NCBI GenBank assembly: GCA_050952625.1
Contig: JBMNLH010000002.1
Coordinates: 64,001-128,000, forward strand
Source of the DNA: Bacillota bacterium
Lineage (GTDB): Bacteria > Bacillota > Ch66 > Ch109
Length of the DNA: 64,000 nucleotides
Direction: 5' to 3'
Shown here piece by piece: positions 1 to 10,590 of the stretch (positions are counted from its first letter, which is position 1; every line of letters begins with the position of its first letter). Made by a program: the position numbers and the translations under genes. The notes beneath the pieces are model-generated. The model saw only the letters and a program-made list of their open reading frames with translations, ran no database searches and was not told the DNA's origin.

Positions 1-531
1 CAGGCCCCGGTCAGCTTCCTGCAAGCGGAAGGGGCTAAAGAGGTGGGGATTGAGTTTCATTCCGTATCCAAGACTTATAACATGACCGGCTGGCGGGTCG
101 GTTGGGCCGCCGGCAACGCCGAAGCCATTGATGTCCTAGGCCGCTTTAAATCAAACGTAGACTCTGGGGTGTTTCAAGCCATCCAGTACGCGGGTATTAC
201 GGCTTTAACCGGACCGCAGGATTGTGTGGAAGAAATGCGCCAGGTTTATCAAGAACGGCGTGACGTTGTCATTAACGGTTTGCGGAAAATGGGTTGGCAA
301 ATTGAGCCACCTAAAGCAACAATTTACGTCTGGGCCCCGGTTCCCAAGGGTTATACCTCCAGCAGTTTTGCCGAACTGGTTTTGAGCAAAGCGGGAGTGG
401 TCATTACTCCGGGTTTAGGTTACGGTGAACGGTCAGATGGTTACTTCCGAATTGCGCTAACGCAAGAAGTCGACCGGATCCAGGAAGCCCTGGACCGGAT
501 GCAGGCCGCCTTAGGAACGCTTGAGTTCTAA
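1..531 (+). CDS. dapL: LL-diaminopimelate aminotransferase-like class I/II PLP aminotransferase, 5'-truncated by window edge
   Basis: Frame open from base 1 ([34 protein letters not shown]). PLP-lysine motif [10 protein letters not shown] and C-terminal GYFRIALT are typical of the Firmicutes DapL-like family. Confidence 0.75.
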   Translation, partial: QAPVSFLQAEGAKEVGIEFHSVSKTYNMTGWRVGWAAGNAEAIDVLGRFKSNVDSGVFQAIQYAGITALTGPQDCVEEMRQVYQERRDVVINGLRKMGWQIEPPKATIYVWAPVPKGYTSSSFAELVLSKAGVVITPGLGYGERSDGYFRIALTQEVDRIQEALDRMQAALGTLEF

Positions 532-598
532 GCCTGCTGATGGGGTTAAATGTTATCTAACCGATAACCAAAAAATAACCGTTAACGAAAAAAGCAAC

Positions 599-636
599 AA
601 AGAGTCGTTCCGTATCTCAAACGGTAACGACTCTTT
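599..636. terminator. Bidirectional intrinsic terminator between convergent dapL and glnA
   Basis: Inverted repeat AAAGAGTCGTT...AACGACTCTTT between convergent genes. Confidence 0.75.
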
Positions 637-712
637 ACCCTATAAAGACTAGGTTAAACAGCCAGCAACCTTTTTAATAGAACTCACTGATCACCAAACC
701 TTTTCGCTTAAT

Positions 713-2041
713 TTAATAAATGGCCAAATATCGCTCAATTTCCCATGGATGCACCTGGGTACGATAGAGCTCCCATTCTTTAGTTTTGGCTTCCATAAAA
801 CGGTCGTAAATATGCTCTCCCAAGGCCTCCTGGATGACCCGGTCTTTTTTCAGCTCCGCCAAAGCCTCATTTAGGTCACTGGGTAGAGAAGGGATCCCCC
901 TTCTTACTCTTTCTTGCCGGTCCATGTCATACAGATTATCGTCAACAGGGGATGGCGGAGTAATCTGTTGCTTGATTCCGTCCAGACCAGCTTTGAGCAT
1001 AACGGCTAGAGCCAGATAAGGGTTGCAGGAAGGATCCGGGTTGCGCACTTCGATCCGAGTACTCATGCCCCGTTTGGCCGGAATGCGCACCAGCGGGCTC
1101 CGGTTCTTTTCGGACCAAGCCACGTACACCGGTGCCTCAAAACCGGGGACCAACCGCTTATAGGAATTGACCGTTGGGTTGGTAATCGCAGCAAAGGCCC
1201 GCGCATGCTGGAGGATGCCGCCGATATAATATAAAGCCTCTTGACTTAACTGATTGGGTGTCGTCGGGTCAAAGAAGGCATTTTCTTTATCGCGAAATAG
1301 GGACTGGTGGCAGTGCATTCCAGACCCGGCAACGCCGTAAACTGGTTTCGGCATAAAACTAGCGTGCAGGCCATGCCGCTGGGCAATGACCCGAATCGTA
1401 TGCTTCAGAGTCGCAATCTTATCCGCCGTGGCGACTGCACAGCCATACTTAAAATCAATTTCATGCTGGCCGGGGGCCACCTCATGGTGCGAAGCCTCCA
1501 CTTCAAAGCCCATCTCTTCCAGAGCCAGCACCATATCCCGTCGGGCATTTTCGCCCAGATCGACTGGGGCTAGATCAAAATAACTGGCCTGATCGTGGGT
1601 AATAGTCGTCGGTTTCCCATCGCTATCCGTGTGGAAAAGGAAGAACTCCGCTTCCGGTCCGACCAGCATCTGAAAACCCATCGACGCCGCCTCTTTAACG
1701 ATTCGTTTCAAATTACAGCGAGGACAGCCGGAGAAGGGGGTGCCGTCCGGGTTATATACATCACAAATCAACCGGGCCTCGGCCTCGCCCCGGGGACGCC
1801 AAGGCAACACGACAAAGGTGCTGTAGTCTGGCTTAAGATACATGTCTGATTCTTCGATCCGGACAAACCCCTCAATTGACGAACCGTCAAACATGAGCTC
1901 CCCATCCAAGGCTTTATCTAGCTGTGAAATCGGAATAGTGACACTCTTTAGGCCTCCCGTAATATCGATAATCTGCAGATAGATGAACCGGATATTCTGT
2001 TCTGCTACCTGTTTTTTTATATCTTCCCTGGTTATAGCCAA
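713..2041 (-). CDS. glnA: Glutamine synthetase type I
   Basis: Motifs [55 protein letters not shown] start with AGGAGG RBS. Confidence 0.97.
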   Translation of the reverse strand: MAITREDIKKQVAEQNIRFIYLQIIDITGGLKSVTIPISQLDKALDGELMFDGSSIEGFVRIEESDMYLKPDYSTFVVLPWRPRGEAEARLICDVYNPDGTPFSGCPRCNLKRIVKEAASMGFQMLVGPEAEFFLFHTDSDGKPTTITHDQASYFDLAPVDLGENARRDMVLALEEMGFEVEASHHEVAPGQHEIDFKYGCAVATADKIATLKHTIRVIAQRHGLHASFMPKPVYGVAGSGMHCHQSLFRDKENAFFDPTTPNQLSQEALYYIGGILQHARAFAAITNPTVNSYKRLVPGFEAPVYVAWSEKNRSPLVRIPAKRGMSTRIEVRNPDPSCNPYLALAVMLKAGLDGIKQQITPPSPVDDNLYDMDRQERVRRGIPSLPSDLNEALAELKKDRVIQEALGEHIYDRFMEAKTKEWELYRTQVHPWEIERYLAIY

Positions 2042-2237
2042 ACACCCTACCTCCTACCCAAAACTTCGAACGCCTACACCCATAAAGATAGATTAGTCAT
2101 TAGTATCTTGTATCACTACACTTAGATCCCTTTCCTTTTCCCGGCAAAAAATCCCCCGTGAATCTGCCGCGTATCGGAAATATTATAAAAAGCTTGCGCG
2201 TCAATTTCGTCGATCAACTTCAGGGCTTGGCTTAGGC

Positions 2238-3065
2238 TTAGCGCCGTTTAGCCAGTTCCTTAAACACCTCGTCCGGGGTAATGCTGCTATCCGCCAGCAA
2301 GACCAGCAAATGGTAAATGAGATCAGCACTCTCGTAGATTAGTTCCTCACGGCTCGCATTTTTCGCGGCAATAATCACTTCCGCGGCCTCTTCCCCGACC
2401 TTTTTACAGATCTTATCTACTCCTTTATTAAAGAGGTAGGCGGTATAAGAACCTTCGGGCCGAGTTTGCCGACGTTCCAGAATCACCTGGTAGAGCTCGG
2501 CCAGGATTTGGGCTGGTGTGGTCCGAGACGCCTGGGGTTCGGTTTCTGGGCCAACTATTCCAATCACTCCAATAGATTCAGCCGGCTTAGTTGTTTCCAG
2601 GTTAGCGTTACTTGCGCCCTTGCTGGTGACTGTCGCGGTCCTCGTTAATAACTCGGGCGAGATAATACCGGGCGGCTCTCCGTAAACTTCCTCCGGATTA
2701 AAAACGCGCTCGCCAATGGTCTGAACTTCCCCACTGGGGGTTATTTCTCGGTAAAAACATGACTGATAACCGGTATGGCAAGCTGCTCCGGTTTGTTCCA
2801 CCTTCACTAACAAGGCATCCTGGTCACAATCAAATGAGATCCCTCTCACCCGTTGAAAATGACCGGAGGTCTCACCTTTATGCCACAATTCCTGACGACT
2901 GCGGCTATAAAACCAGGTCTCGCCGGTTTCCCAGGTTCTGGCCACGGCCTCGCGGTTCATATAGGCAATCATCAAAACCTGACCGGTCTTGTTATCCTGC
3001 ACAATCGCCGGAATCAAACCGTCAGCTCCAAATTTCAACTCTTTTAGAAAAGTAAAATCCTTCAA
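2238..3065 (-). CDS. hisIE: Bifunctional phosphoribosyl-AMP cyclohydrolase / phosphoribosyl-ATP pyrophosphatase with a long interdomain linker
   Basis: HisI motifs [23 protein letters not shown]; HisE motifs [27 protein letters not shown]. Confidence 0.95.
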   Translation of the reverse strand: MKDFTFLKELKFGADGLIPAIVQDNKTGQVLMIAYMNREAVARTWETGETWFYSRSRQELWHKGETSGHFQRVRGISFDCDQDALLVKVEQTGAACHTGYQSCFYREITPSGEVQTIGERVFNPEEVYGEPPGIISPELLTRTATVTSKGASNANLETTKPAESIGVIGIVGPETEPQASRTTPAQILAELYQVILERRQTRPEGSYTAYLFNKGVDKICKKVGEEAAEVIIAAKNASREELIYESADLIYHLLVLLADSSITPDEVFKELAKRR

Positions 3066-3361
3066 CTTCTAACCGCTACCCCCTTACTCAGTAAATAGTC
3101 CTTGGCTTCGGCTACCCCTCCGCCCACTGTGAAGGGGATAAAAACTTCCTCGGAAGTGCGGCGCACCACCTCTTCCATGATGTCCCGCTCCTCCGCGGAC
3201 GCTGTTATATCCAAGAAAACTGCTTCATTGGCCCCGGTCTGATCATAATAGGCCGCCAGTTTGACCGGGTCCCCGGCATCCTTCAGGTTGATAAAATTCG
3301 TTCCTTTGACTACTCGCCCGGCCATGACATCCAGGCAGGGAATAATTCTTTCAGCCAGCAC
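3062..3361 (-). pseudogene. hisF: Internally deleted hisF (IGP synthase cyclase), 99 aa
   Basis: HisF N-terminus ([37 protein letters not shown]) joined in frame to the HisF C-terminal helix ([16 protein letters not shown]). Normal HisF is about 250 aa. Confidence 0.85.
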
Positions 3362-3502
3362 GTTGCGCTATTCATCCTTCCCTTAAATACATTCTTATGA
3401 CATCAAAAACCTGATGGACGCTGATTTAAAATCGTCTTGCCACCCATCCCGCTACGGTTGACGTTTACGCTTTATGCCTCGCTCTTTACTCATATTATCT
3501 CC

Positions 3503-4243
3503 CTAAATAATATGTCCTTCTGCTTGGGCTACCTCCAGTGCCTCTTCCAAAACTACGACCCCTGAGTAAAGAGCCCGACCGATAATAACCCCTTCCACCC
3601 CATAAGGTTCCAAGGCTTTTAGACTTCGAATATCTTCCAAAGACGAAATGCCCCCAGAGGCTAAGATTTTGAGATTACAGGCCAGCCCCATCTCTCGGGT
3701 ACCTTCAACATTCGGACCCTTCAGCATGCCATCTCGCCGAATATCGGTCAGAACGATTCTCTTGATCCCAATCTCCTCGACCTCGCGACCAAGTTCTAAG
3801 ATGCTCTTTTCTGAGGTCTTATCCCAGCCTTCAATGACGACTTTTCCATCCCGACCGTCAATTCCCACCAGAATCCGCTCTCCAAACTCAGCCACAGCTT
3901 CGCGCACCATCTCCGGTTGGGCGACCGCCGAGGTCCCTAAAATAACCCGGTTTACTCCTAAATCTAAAAGTTGACGAACAGTCTCCATTGTTCGGATTCC
4001 GCCGCCGACCTGAATGGGAATGTTTACATTTTTCACAATCGCCTTGATCTTATCCAGGTTTCTCAGTTCACCGGCAAAAGCCCCGTCTAAATCGACCACA
4101 TGCAGCCACTGGGCCCCGCGTTTTTCCCAATTGCTAGCCACCTCTGCCGGATTGTTCGAAAAAACTATTTCCTGGTCAAGACGACCCTGAATTAAACGAA
4201 CGCATCGACCCTCTCGTAAATCAATGGCCGGAATTACCAGCAT
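3503..4243 (-). CDS. hisA: ProFAR isomerase
   Basis: IPAIDL..G.CVRL.QG, LHVVDLDGA, VGGGIR, TDIRRDGML.G, ASGGI; position in his operon. Confidence 0.96.
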   Translation of the reverse strand: MLVIPAIDLREGRCVRLIQGRLDQEIVFSNNPAEVASNWEKRGAQWLHVVDLDGAFAGELRNLDKIKAIVKNVNIPIQVGGGIRTMETVRQLLDLGVNRVILGTSAVAQPEMVREAVAEFGERILVGIDGRDGKVVIEGWDKTSEKSILELGREVEEIGIKRIVLTDIRRDGMLKGPNVEGTREMGLACNLKILASGGISSLEDIRSLKALEPYGVEGVIIGRALYSGVVVLEEALEVAQAEGHII

Positions 4244-4304
4244 TGACTACCACCTCCCCATAATTCTGTAATATAATCGCAATCATCCCGGCTGTTCTCC
4301 TTTT

Positions 4305-4898
4305 TTAAACCAGTACTCCCTTGGTTGAAGGGACGCCTTCAACCCGCGGATCGATCTGCACGGCTTCGCGCAGTGCCCGTCCCAGTCCTTTGAAAACCGC
4401 TTCCGCAATGTGATGGGTGTTTTTGCCGCTCAACAACCGGACGTGCAACGTTAAACCCGCATTAACCGCCAAGGCGCGCAAAAATTCTTCGATCAGTTCG
4501 GTGTCAAACTCCCCGACCCGACTGGTGGTGAGAACTACATCATAGACCAAAAAAGGCCGACCGCTAATATCGATTACTACCTGCGCCAGGGCTTCGTCCA
4601 TTGGCACGAGAGCACTCCCGTATCGATTTATGGCCTTTTTTTCTCCCAGTGCTTGCCGCAAAGCCTGGCCCAAGGTAATTCCGATATCTTCTACGGTATG
4701 GTGCGCATCCACTTCCAGGTCGCCCCGAGCGGTGACCGCCAGATTAAACAAACCATGTCGGGTAAACAAATGAAGCATATGATCCAAAAAAGGAACCCCC
4801 GTCTGGCCGCTAAAAGTGCCCTGGCCATCAATCCCCAGGCGGATACTGACTTGGGTTTCGCCGGTTAGGCGCTCAACCTCAGCAAACCGTTCTATCAC
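4305..4898 (-). CDS. hisB: Imidazoleglycerol-phosphate dehydratase
   Basis: FLDHML, DAHHTVEDIGI, PMDEALA, NTHHIAEA.FK, VPSTKG. Start set to GTG 4898 after GGAGG. Confidence 0.96.
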   Translation of the reverse strand: MIERFAEVERLTGETQVSIRLGIDGQGTFSGQTGVPFLDHMLHLFTRHGLFNLAVTARGDLEVDAHHTVEDIGITLGQALRQALGEKKAINRYGSALVPMDEALAQVVIDISGRPFLVYDVVLTTSRVGEFDTELIEEFLRALAVNAGLTLHVRLLSGKNTHHIAEAVFKGLGRALREAVQIDPRVEGVPSTKGVLV

Positions 4899-4943
4899 AA
4901 CCGTTCCTCCGAAAGTTTTTATTATAGAGTACAATTCCTAACC

Positions 4944-6224
4944 TCATGGTTCAAGTCTAATTTTTATTGAATTGGCGTGGGCATCCAGACCTTCAACGGT
5001 AGCCAGTTTAATTACTTTGGGAGCAGCGGCCCGAAAACCAGCTTCAGAGTAAGCGATCACACTGGTTTTCTTGGTAAAGGTATCTACCGTTACTGGCGAG
5101 TAAAAACGAGCAGTGCCGCCGGTTGGCAAGATGTGGTTAGGGCCGGCAAAGTAATCGCCAATTGGTTCCGGCGAGTAATGACCGACAAACACCGCCCCGG
5201 CATTTTTCACCTGGCCTAACCAGGAAAAAGGTTCGGCCACCAGCAGTTCCAGGTGCTCCGGAGCAAACCGGTTTGCGACCTCAATGGCCTCAGTCAAATC
5301 TTCGGTAATGATGATCGCCCCATATTCAGTTAGGGCCTTTTCCATAATGTCTCGACGGCTTAAACCAGCCAACTGCCGCTCCACCTCAAGCTTAACCGCT
5401 TGGGCTAACTCGGTTGAAGGGGTCACCAGCAGGGCAGAAGCTAGGGCGTCATGTTCGGCCTGGGACAACAGATCCGCCGCCGCATACCGAGGATTGGCTG
5501 TGGCATCCGCTACTACTAGCACCTCACTGGGCCCGGCCAGCATATCAATATCCACTTCCCCATAGACCAGTTTTTTCGCCATGGTGACATAGATGTTGCC
5601 TGGTCCGGTAATCTTATCCACCTTAGGTACGGTCTGGGTACCGCAAGCCAAGGCTGCTACCGCTTGGGCTCCGCCGATCTTATAGATCTCGGTTACGCCA
5701 CAGGCAGCGGCTGCGACCAAGGTATAGGGATTCAGCGATCCATCTGCGGCTGGCGGGCTAACCATGATTATTTCTTTAACCCCGGCGACCTGAGCCGGCA
5801 GGGCATTCATCAAAACGGAGGATGGATAAGCGGCGGTCCCTCCTGGAACGTAGATACCTACCCGCTCCAGTGGTCGAGAGATCTGACCTAAAATGTTGCC
5901 CGAAGGGTCCGGTTCCATCCAGGAATGCTGCTTCTGTTGCTCATGAAAGGAACGGATATTATCAATGGCTGCTTGAAGTGAATCCAGAAATTCGCGATCA
6001 ACTAAGGCCCGTGCCTGTTCAATTTCCTCGGCAGTTACTCGCAGATTATCCCACTCGGCGGGTACCCGATCAAATCGACGGGTATACTCCAAAACTGCCG
6101 CGTCACCTCGCTGCCGGACTTCCTCGACAATTTCCCGGACGCGAGACTCAATTTCTGCAGCGTTGGCAATGGTCTTTTGCAGAATACGCTCCACGGCCGG
6201 GTCACGACTGGACAGTATCCTCAT
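4944..6224 (-). CDS. hisD: Histidinol dehydrogenase
   Basis: GIYVPGG..AYPSS, GPGNIYV, IDMLAGPSE, SQAEHD, APEHLEL, GDYFAGPNHILPT. Confidence 0.97.
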   Translation of the reverse strand: MRILSSRDPAVERILQKTIANAAEIESRVREIVEEVRQRGDAAVLEYTRRFDRVPAEWDNLRVTAEEIEQARALVDREFLDSLQAAIDNIRSFHEQQKQHSWMEPDPSGNILGQISRPLERVGIYVPGGTAAYPSSVLMNALPAQVAGVKEIIMVSPPAADGSLNPYTLVAAAACGVTEIYKIGGAQAVAALACGTQTVPKVDKITGPGNIYVTMAKKLVYGEVDIDMLAGPSEVLVVADATANPRYAAADLLSQAEHDALASALLVTPSTELAQAVKLEVERQLAGLSRRDIMEKALTEYGAIIITEDLTEAIEVANRFAPEHLELLVAEPFSWLGQVKNAGAVFVGHYSPEPIGDYFAGPNHILPTGGTARFYSPVTVDTFTKKTSVIAYSEAGFRAAAPKVIKLATVEGLDAHANSIKIRLEP

Positions 6225-6898
6225 CCTTCCAAATCCTCCTTCTCGACCACTTCTTTCATCTTATCTTGCAGAGGTTGAATAATCTCGGACTTCATTCGAA
6301 AACTAACTCGGTTCGCAATCAGTCTGGCCGTGGCCGGGAAGATTTCTTCCAGGACCGCCAGCTTGTTTTCGCGTAAGGTCCGACCAGTCGAGACAATATC
6401 CACAATCAAGTCTGACAAGCCCACACTTGGAGCCAGCTCAATATTACCATGCAGTTTGACCACCTCAACCTGGATGCCTTTTTCTTTAAAGAACGTTTCC
6501 GCCACTCGAGGAAATTTAGTCGCGACCCGAGCGTGACTAAAACGAGTCAGGTCCCCCGCCGGCAATAACTTTTCCGGGCCGGCCACAACGAATCGACAGT
6601 AGCCAAACTTCAAATCTACCAATTCATAAACGTTTTTATTGTCCTCAACAATGGTATCCTTGCCAACAATCCCCAGATCAGCTGCTCCGTACTCAACAAA
6701 GGTCGGAATATCTGTAGAACGGCAAACTATATAGCGGATAGTAAATCCGACTAGTTCCCGGTCCTCATAGTCAAATACCAGTTGTCGGGTATCTTCCAGC
6801 AGTCCCTCCCAAGGCAAACCTACCTTCCGCAGTAGTCGAACGCTGGGATCAAAAAGTTTTCCCTTGGGTAAGGCAATTGTCAAACGGTCGCGAGCCAC
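6221..6898 (-). CDS. hisG: ATP phosphoribosyltransferase, short form
   Basis: LTIALPKG, ADLGIVGKD, VATKFP, IVDIVSTGRTL; lacks the C-terminal regulatory domain and is paired with hisZ. Start set to GTG 6898 with GAGAGG RBS. Confidence 0.95.
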   Translation of the reverse strand: MARDRLTIALPKGKLFDPSVRLLRKVGLPWEGLLEDTRQLVFDYEDRELVGFTIRYIVCRSTDIPTFVEYGAADLGIVGKDTIVEDNKNVYELVDLKFGYCRFVVAGPEKLLPAGDLTRFSHARVATKFPRVAETFFKEKGIQVEVVKLHGNIELAPSVGLSDLIVDIVSTGRTLRENKLAVLEEIFPATARLIANRVSFRMKSEIIQPLQDKMKEVVEKEDLEG

Positions 6899-6908
6899 CA
6901 GCTTCCTC

Positions 6909-6928
6909 TCCTTTACTACGTTAAAGTA
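6909..6928. promoter_or_regulatory. Candidate HisR (YerC/TrpR-like) operator
   Basis: tcCTTTA-ctacgt-TAAAGta palindrome resembling the YACTTTA-N6-TAAAGTR HisR motif, immediately upstream of the hisG RBS. Confidence 0.6.
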
Positions 6929-6985
6929 ATACTGTGACGAATTGTACCACGGCCTCAAGAGGATCGTCAATGACTCGGTTTAACA

Positions 6986-7993
6986 CTATTGCTTTTTGTT
7001 TTGATTGTCCAAAGCTAGCAGCAGCCGCTCGATTCCCACCGCAAAGCCGGTCGCCGGACAGGGATAGCCAAATTTGCTCAAAAGATTATCATACCGACCG
7101 CCACCGCACAGCGGAAAGCCTAAATCACTGCTATATCCCTCGAAAACAATGCCAGTATAATACTCAAATCCACGCAGCACCCCCAAATCAAGCCGGACAA
7201 ATGAATCGACCCCCAGCTTAATCAGACTGGACCAAACCCGCTCTAAATAATCCAGGGCCTGGATGGTCCGCTGGTTGGATGTTAGTTTACGGGATTCTTG
7301 AATGACTTCCAGGCCGCCGTGGAAGTTACTGATCCCTAATACCATTTCCCTTTTTTGCAGGGGTAGCTGATGCTCTATCAGCAGGTCTTCCAAACCGACC
7401 AGATCCTTTTGGGTTAAAGCCTTTTTTAAGGAACGGATCACTGACTCTGGCAGATTAGTCTCCTCCATTAGTCCATTGATCACCTGAACCTCACCCAAGC
7501 TGATTTGGAATTCCTGCAAACCGGCAGTCCGCAACGCCTCAACGGCTAGAGCAATTAATTCTGCATCTGCCTCGGGACCAGAGCTCCCAATCAATTCTAC
7601 CCCGGCCTGACCAAATTCCCTCAATCGACCCGCTTGCGGACTTTCATAACGAAAGACATTCGCCAGATAAAAGAGGCGTAATGGAAGCGGTTGATTGCGG
7701 AGTCGCGTAGCCACTAACCGGGCAATGGGGGTTGTCATATCCGGCCGCAAGACTAGCAGTCTGCCATCCCTATCCAGTAGCCGGTAGAGTTCTTCCCCAA
7801 CCTCTTCTCCCAGATCGATCGCCAAAGTATCAAAGTATTCCAGAGTAGGCGTTGCCACTTCCTGGTAACCCCACCGTTCAAACACCGTTACCATCTGGTT
7901 CTCTAACGCGCGTCTTCTCCGAGCCTCTCCAGGCAATAAATCACGGGTACCGGCTGGAATAGGCCAGGTACCCGGATATTTATCTACCGCCAT
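6986..7993 (-). CDS. hisZ: ATP phosphoribosyltransferase regulatory subunit
   Basis: HisRS-like motifs GTRDLLP, LRPDMT.PIAR, REFGQAGVELIG, YYTGIVF, GGGRYD; lacks anticodon domain; directly upstream of short hisG. Confidence 0.95.
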   Translation of the reverse strand: MAVDKYPGTWPIPAGTRDLLPGEARRRRALENQMVTVFERWGYQEVATPTLEYFDTLAIDLGEEVGEELYRLLDRDGRLLVLRPDMTTPIARLVATRLRNQPLPLRLFYLANVFRYESPQAGRLREFGQAGVELIGSSGPEADAELIALAVEALRTAGLQEFQISLGEVQVINGLMEETNLPESVIRSLKKALTQKDLVGLEDLLIEHQLPLQKREMVLGISNFHGGLEVIQESRKLTSNQRTIQALDYLERVWSSLIKLGVDSFVRLDLGVLRGFEYYTGIVFEGYSSDLGFPLCGGGRYDNLLSKFGYPCPATGFAVGIERLLLALDNQNKKQ

Positions 7994-8020
7994 CCCTTTT
8001 TCGACCTCCCTCCAAATCCC

Positions 8021-8332
8021 TTACCCTTTCTTTTCTGAAGCCAGCAGTCTTCCTAAGACCAATTGGTACCCGCTGGCTCCGTACTGAAGAAACCTTTTTA
8101 CTCGACTGATGGTTGCCGTACTGGCCCCAGTACGTTCACCGATTAAGGCATAGGTGGTGTTTTCATGCAACATCCTGGCTACTTCTAGTCGCTGGGCCAT
8201 GGCATTTATTTCCCCAACGGTACAGAGATCCTCAAAAAACTGGTAGCACTCTTCTTTATTTTTAAGCAGCAGAACTGCCTCAAATAATTGGTCCACCAAC
8301 GGATCTCTGATCCGGGAACCACCGACCTCCAT
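8021..8332 (-). CDS. YerC/YecD TrpR-like transcriptional regulator (probable HisR)
   Basis: FFEDLCT..E...MAQRLEVA.ML and TGASTATISRVKR.L.YG; heads the his operon. Confidence 0.88.
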   Translation of the reverse strand: MEVGGSRIRDPLVDQLFEAVLLLKNKEECYQFFEDLCTVGEINAMAQRLEVARMLHENTTYALIGERTGASTATISRVKRFLQYGASGYQLVLGRLLASEKKG

Positions 8333-8494
8333 ATCTTAAACCTCCGGAACTTATAAAGCTAAACTATAGTATTTCTTGAGTATTTCTTGCCTAACCTATC
8401 CTTCTGTCGAAGCGTCACCCTACCAGAAAAAACGCTGCTGCAACTAATGCCGCGGGGTACAACTACTGATGAATTATTTGCCTATCTTATTCCG

Positions 8495-9184
8495 CTATAA
8501 AAGCTTGGCATCATTAATCAACAATTCAAACTGGCACCCCAGCGCGGCCGCGGCCCGGCGGCAGAGAATCATCTTCGTTAAGAAAATCTCAAAATATTCC
8601 ATCACCGAACAAATATTTTGGTCAATTTTTAATTTCATGGCAATTAATTTTTCCTCTGGCAGTACTTCCAGGCAAGTCTGCTCTACCGCATAATTAACCC
8701 GGTCCCTTGGGGTGAAGGTAGCCGGATCAGATTTGCGCACCCGACTTCGATGCACATTTGATTTATCCGCCAGAATAACCGCGGCGGTGACATTATTGAC
8801 CGGGTTGCCGCCGGTATTCTCTTCGTGATTGCCAATAGCCGACATAATTACCGCCAGTTCCTCCGGGTCCATGCCTAACTCGTTTAAGAGATTAAAGGCT
8901 AAGATGGCACCTGTAAGCCCATGGTTATAACGATTTACCAGGTTGCCAATATCATGCAGGTACCCAGCGATTGCCGCCAGTTCCGTATCCCGCTGCGGGT
9001 GGCCTAGCTTAGTGAGTATTTCTCGGCTGCTTTCGGCCACTAGCAAAGCGTGCGGCTCGTCGTGCTGAATAGCACCGATCTTTTCCAGGTAGCAGTCCCC
9101 AATTCCTAAATATCGCCGAATCTGAGAATTATTCTTGACCATCTCCAAATTTACTAAGGTAAAACCTTGTGTCTGGTCGCTCAT
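8495..9184 (-). CDS. HD-domain metal-dependent phosphohydrolase
   Basis: H...H, YLHDIGN, IGNHEE, ILADK motifs. Confidence 0.85.
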   Translation of the reverse strand: MSDQTQGFTLVNLEMVKNNSQIRRYLGIGDCYLEKIGAIQHDEPHALLVAESSREILTKLGHPQRDTELAAIAGYLHDIGNLVNRYNHGLTGAILAFNLLNELGMDPEELAVIMSAIGNHEENTGGNPVNNVTAAVILADKSNVHRSRVRKSDPATFTPRDRVNYAVEQTCLEVLPEEKLIAMKLKIDQNICSVMEYFEIFLTKMILCRRAAAALGCQFELLINDAKLL

Positions 9185-9264
9185 GGTACCCCCCTCCCCG
9201 ACTTAAGCCGTAAACGTTTACTCTGAATTGAAATCATGGATGCGCAGTGTTGGCCCGGTTTCAC

Positions 9265-10563
9265 TTACCGCTTTTTTAAAGCGCGGTATCCAATATCTTG
9301 CCGGTAATGACAGCCAGCAAAATTGATGGTCGAGACTGCCTGGTATGCTGAAGCAATGGCTGTTTTAATATCTGACCCGAGAGCAGTTACCCCCAGGACC
9401 CGTCCTCCGTTAGTCACAATCCGTCCTTCATTTAAAGCTGTCCCCGCATGAAAGACCAGGGCTGATTTGGCTGCTTCCTCCAGACCCGTAATCACCCGAC
9501 CTTTGGGATAGCTTCCGGGATAACCCTCGGAAGCCATAACGACACAGACCGCCGCTTCCGGGAGCCAGGCAATTGACTGCTCTGCCAGATGACCTTCCAG
9601 GATTGCTTCAATTATATCCACTAAATCAGTTTTCAGCCGCGGTAAAATAACCTGGGTTTCGGGATCCCCAAACCGGGCGTTAAACTCTAATACTTTTGGT
9701 CCGGTCGGTGTGAGCATTAGCCCAGCGTAAAGTACTCCCACGTACTCCCGTCCTTCAGCCCGCAGGGCTTTGACGGTTGGCTCCAAGATTGTCTGAACTA
9801 CTTGATGATGAATCTGTTCGGTGTAAACCGGGGCTGGTGAATAGGCCCCCATCCCGCCGGTATTAGGTCCCTGATCACCATCAAAGACCCGTTTATGATC
9901 CTGAGCCGAAACCATCGGCACAACTGTTTGGCCATCGGTGAAGGCCAGGATGCTTACCTCTTCCCCTTCAAGGTATTCTTCAATTACCACCGAGTTACCG
10001 GCTTCGCCAAATACTCGATCCTCCATAATTAGCCGCAAGGCCTCTAAGGCAGTCGCCTCGTCCATCGCTACGGTAACTCCTTTACCAGCAGCTAGGCCAT
10101 CTGCTTTAACCACACACGGGGTTCCAATATCCTTCAGAAAAGCTACCGCCGGAGCCATCTCTTGGAAAGCGGCGAAACGAGCCGTCGGAATATTATACTT
10201 ACGCATAATCTCCTTGGCCCAAACCTTGCTGCCTTCAATCATGGCGGCCTCTAGCCGAGGACCAAAAACCCGAAGGCCGGCGGCGGCGAATTGATCAACT
10301 ATCCCCGCCACCAACGGTGCCTCTGGACCCACGATGGTGAGATCAACCTTTTCCTGTTGGGCTAGGTTTAGCAGGGCCGGGATGTCTTCTGCCCCAAGGT
10401 CGACTGTTTTGGCCAAGCCGGCAATACCCGCATTTCCCGGGGCACAAATAACTTCAGCCACCCGAGGGCTTTGTCTCAGTTTCCAGACAAGGGTATGCTC
10501 CCGGCCCCCACCGCCCACGACTAACACCTTAAGTCCGTCCTTCTTCAAACCCAACCGTTCCAC
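9265..10563 (-). CDS. purD: Phosphoribosylamine--glycine ligase
   Basis: GGGGREH, KADGLAAGKGV, QDHKR..DGD.GPNTGGMGAYSP, EFNARFGDPETQ. Confidence 0.97.
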   Translation of the reverse strand: MERLGLKKDGLKVLVVGGGGREHTLVWKLRQSPRVAEVICAPGNAGIAGLAKTVDLGAEDIPALLNLAQQEKVDLTIVGPEAPLVAGIVDQFAAAGLRVFGPRLEAAMIEGSKVWAKEIMRKYNIPTARFAAFQEMAPAVAFLKDIGTPCVVKADGLAAGKGVTVAMDEATALEALRLIMEDRVFGEAGNSVVIEEYLEGEEVSILAFTDGQTVVPMVSAQDHKRVFDGDQGPNTGGMGAYSPAPVYTEQIHHQVVQTILEPTVKALRAEGREYVGVLYAGLMLTPTGPKVLEFNARFGDPETQVILPRLKTDLVDIIEAILEGHLAEQSIAWLPEAAVCVVMASEGYPGSYPKGRVITGLEEAAKSALVFHAGTALNEGRIVTNGGRVLGVTALGSDIKTAIASAYQAVSTINFAGCHYRQDIGYRALKKR

Positions 10564-10590
10564 CTTTCTCAGATTTACAATAGAAAAAAA

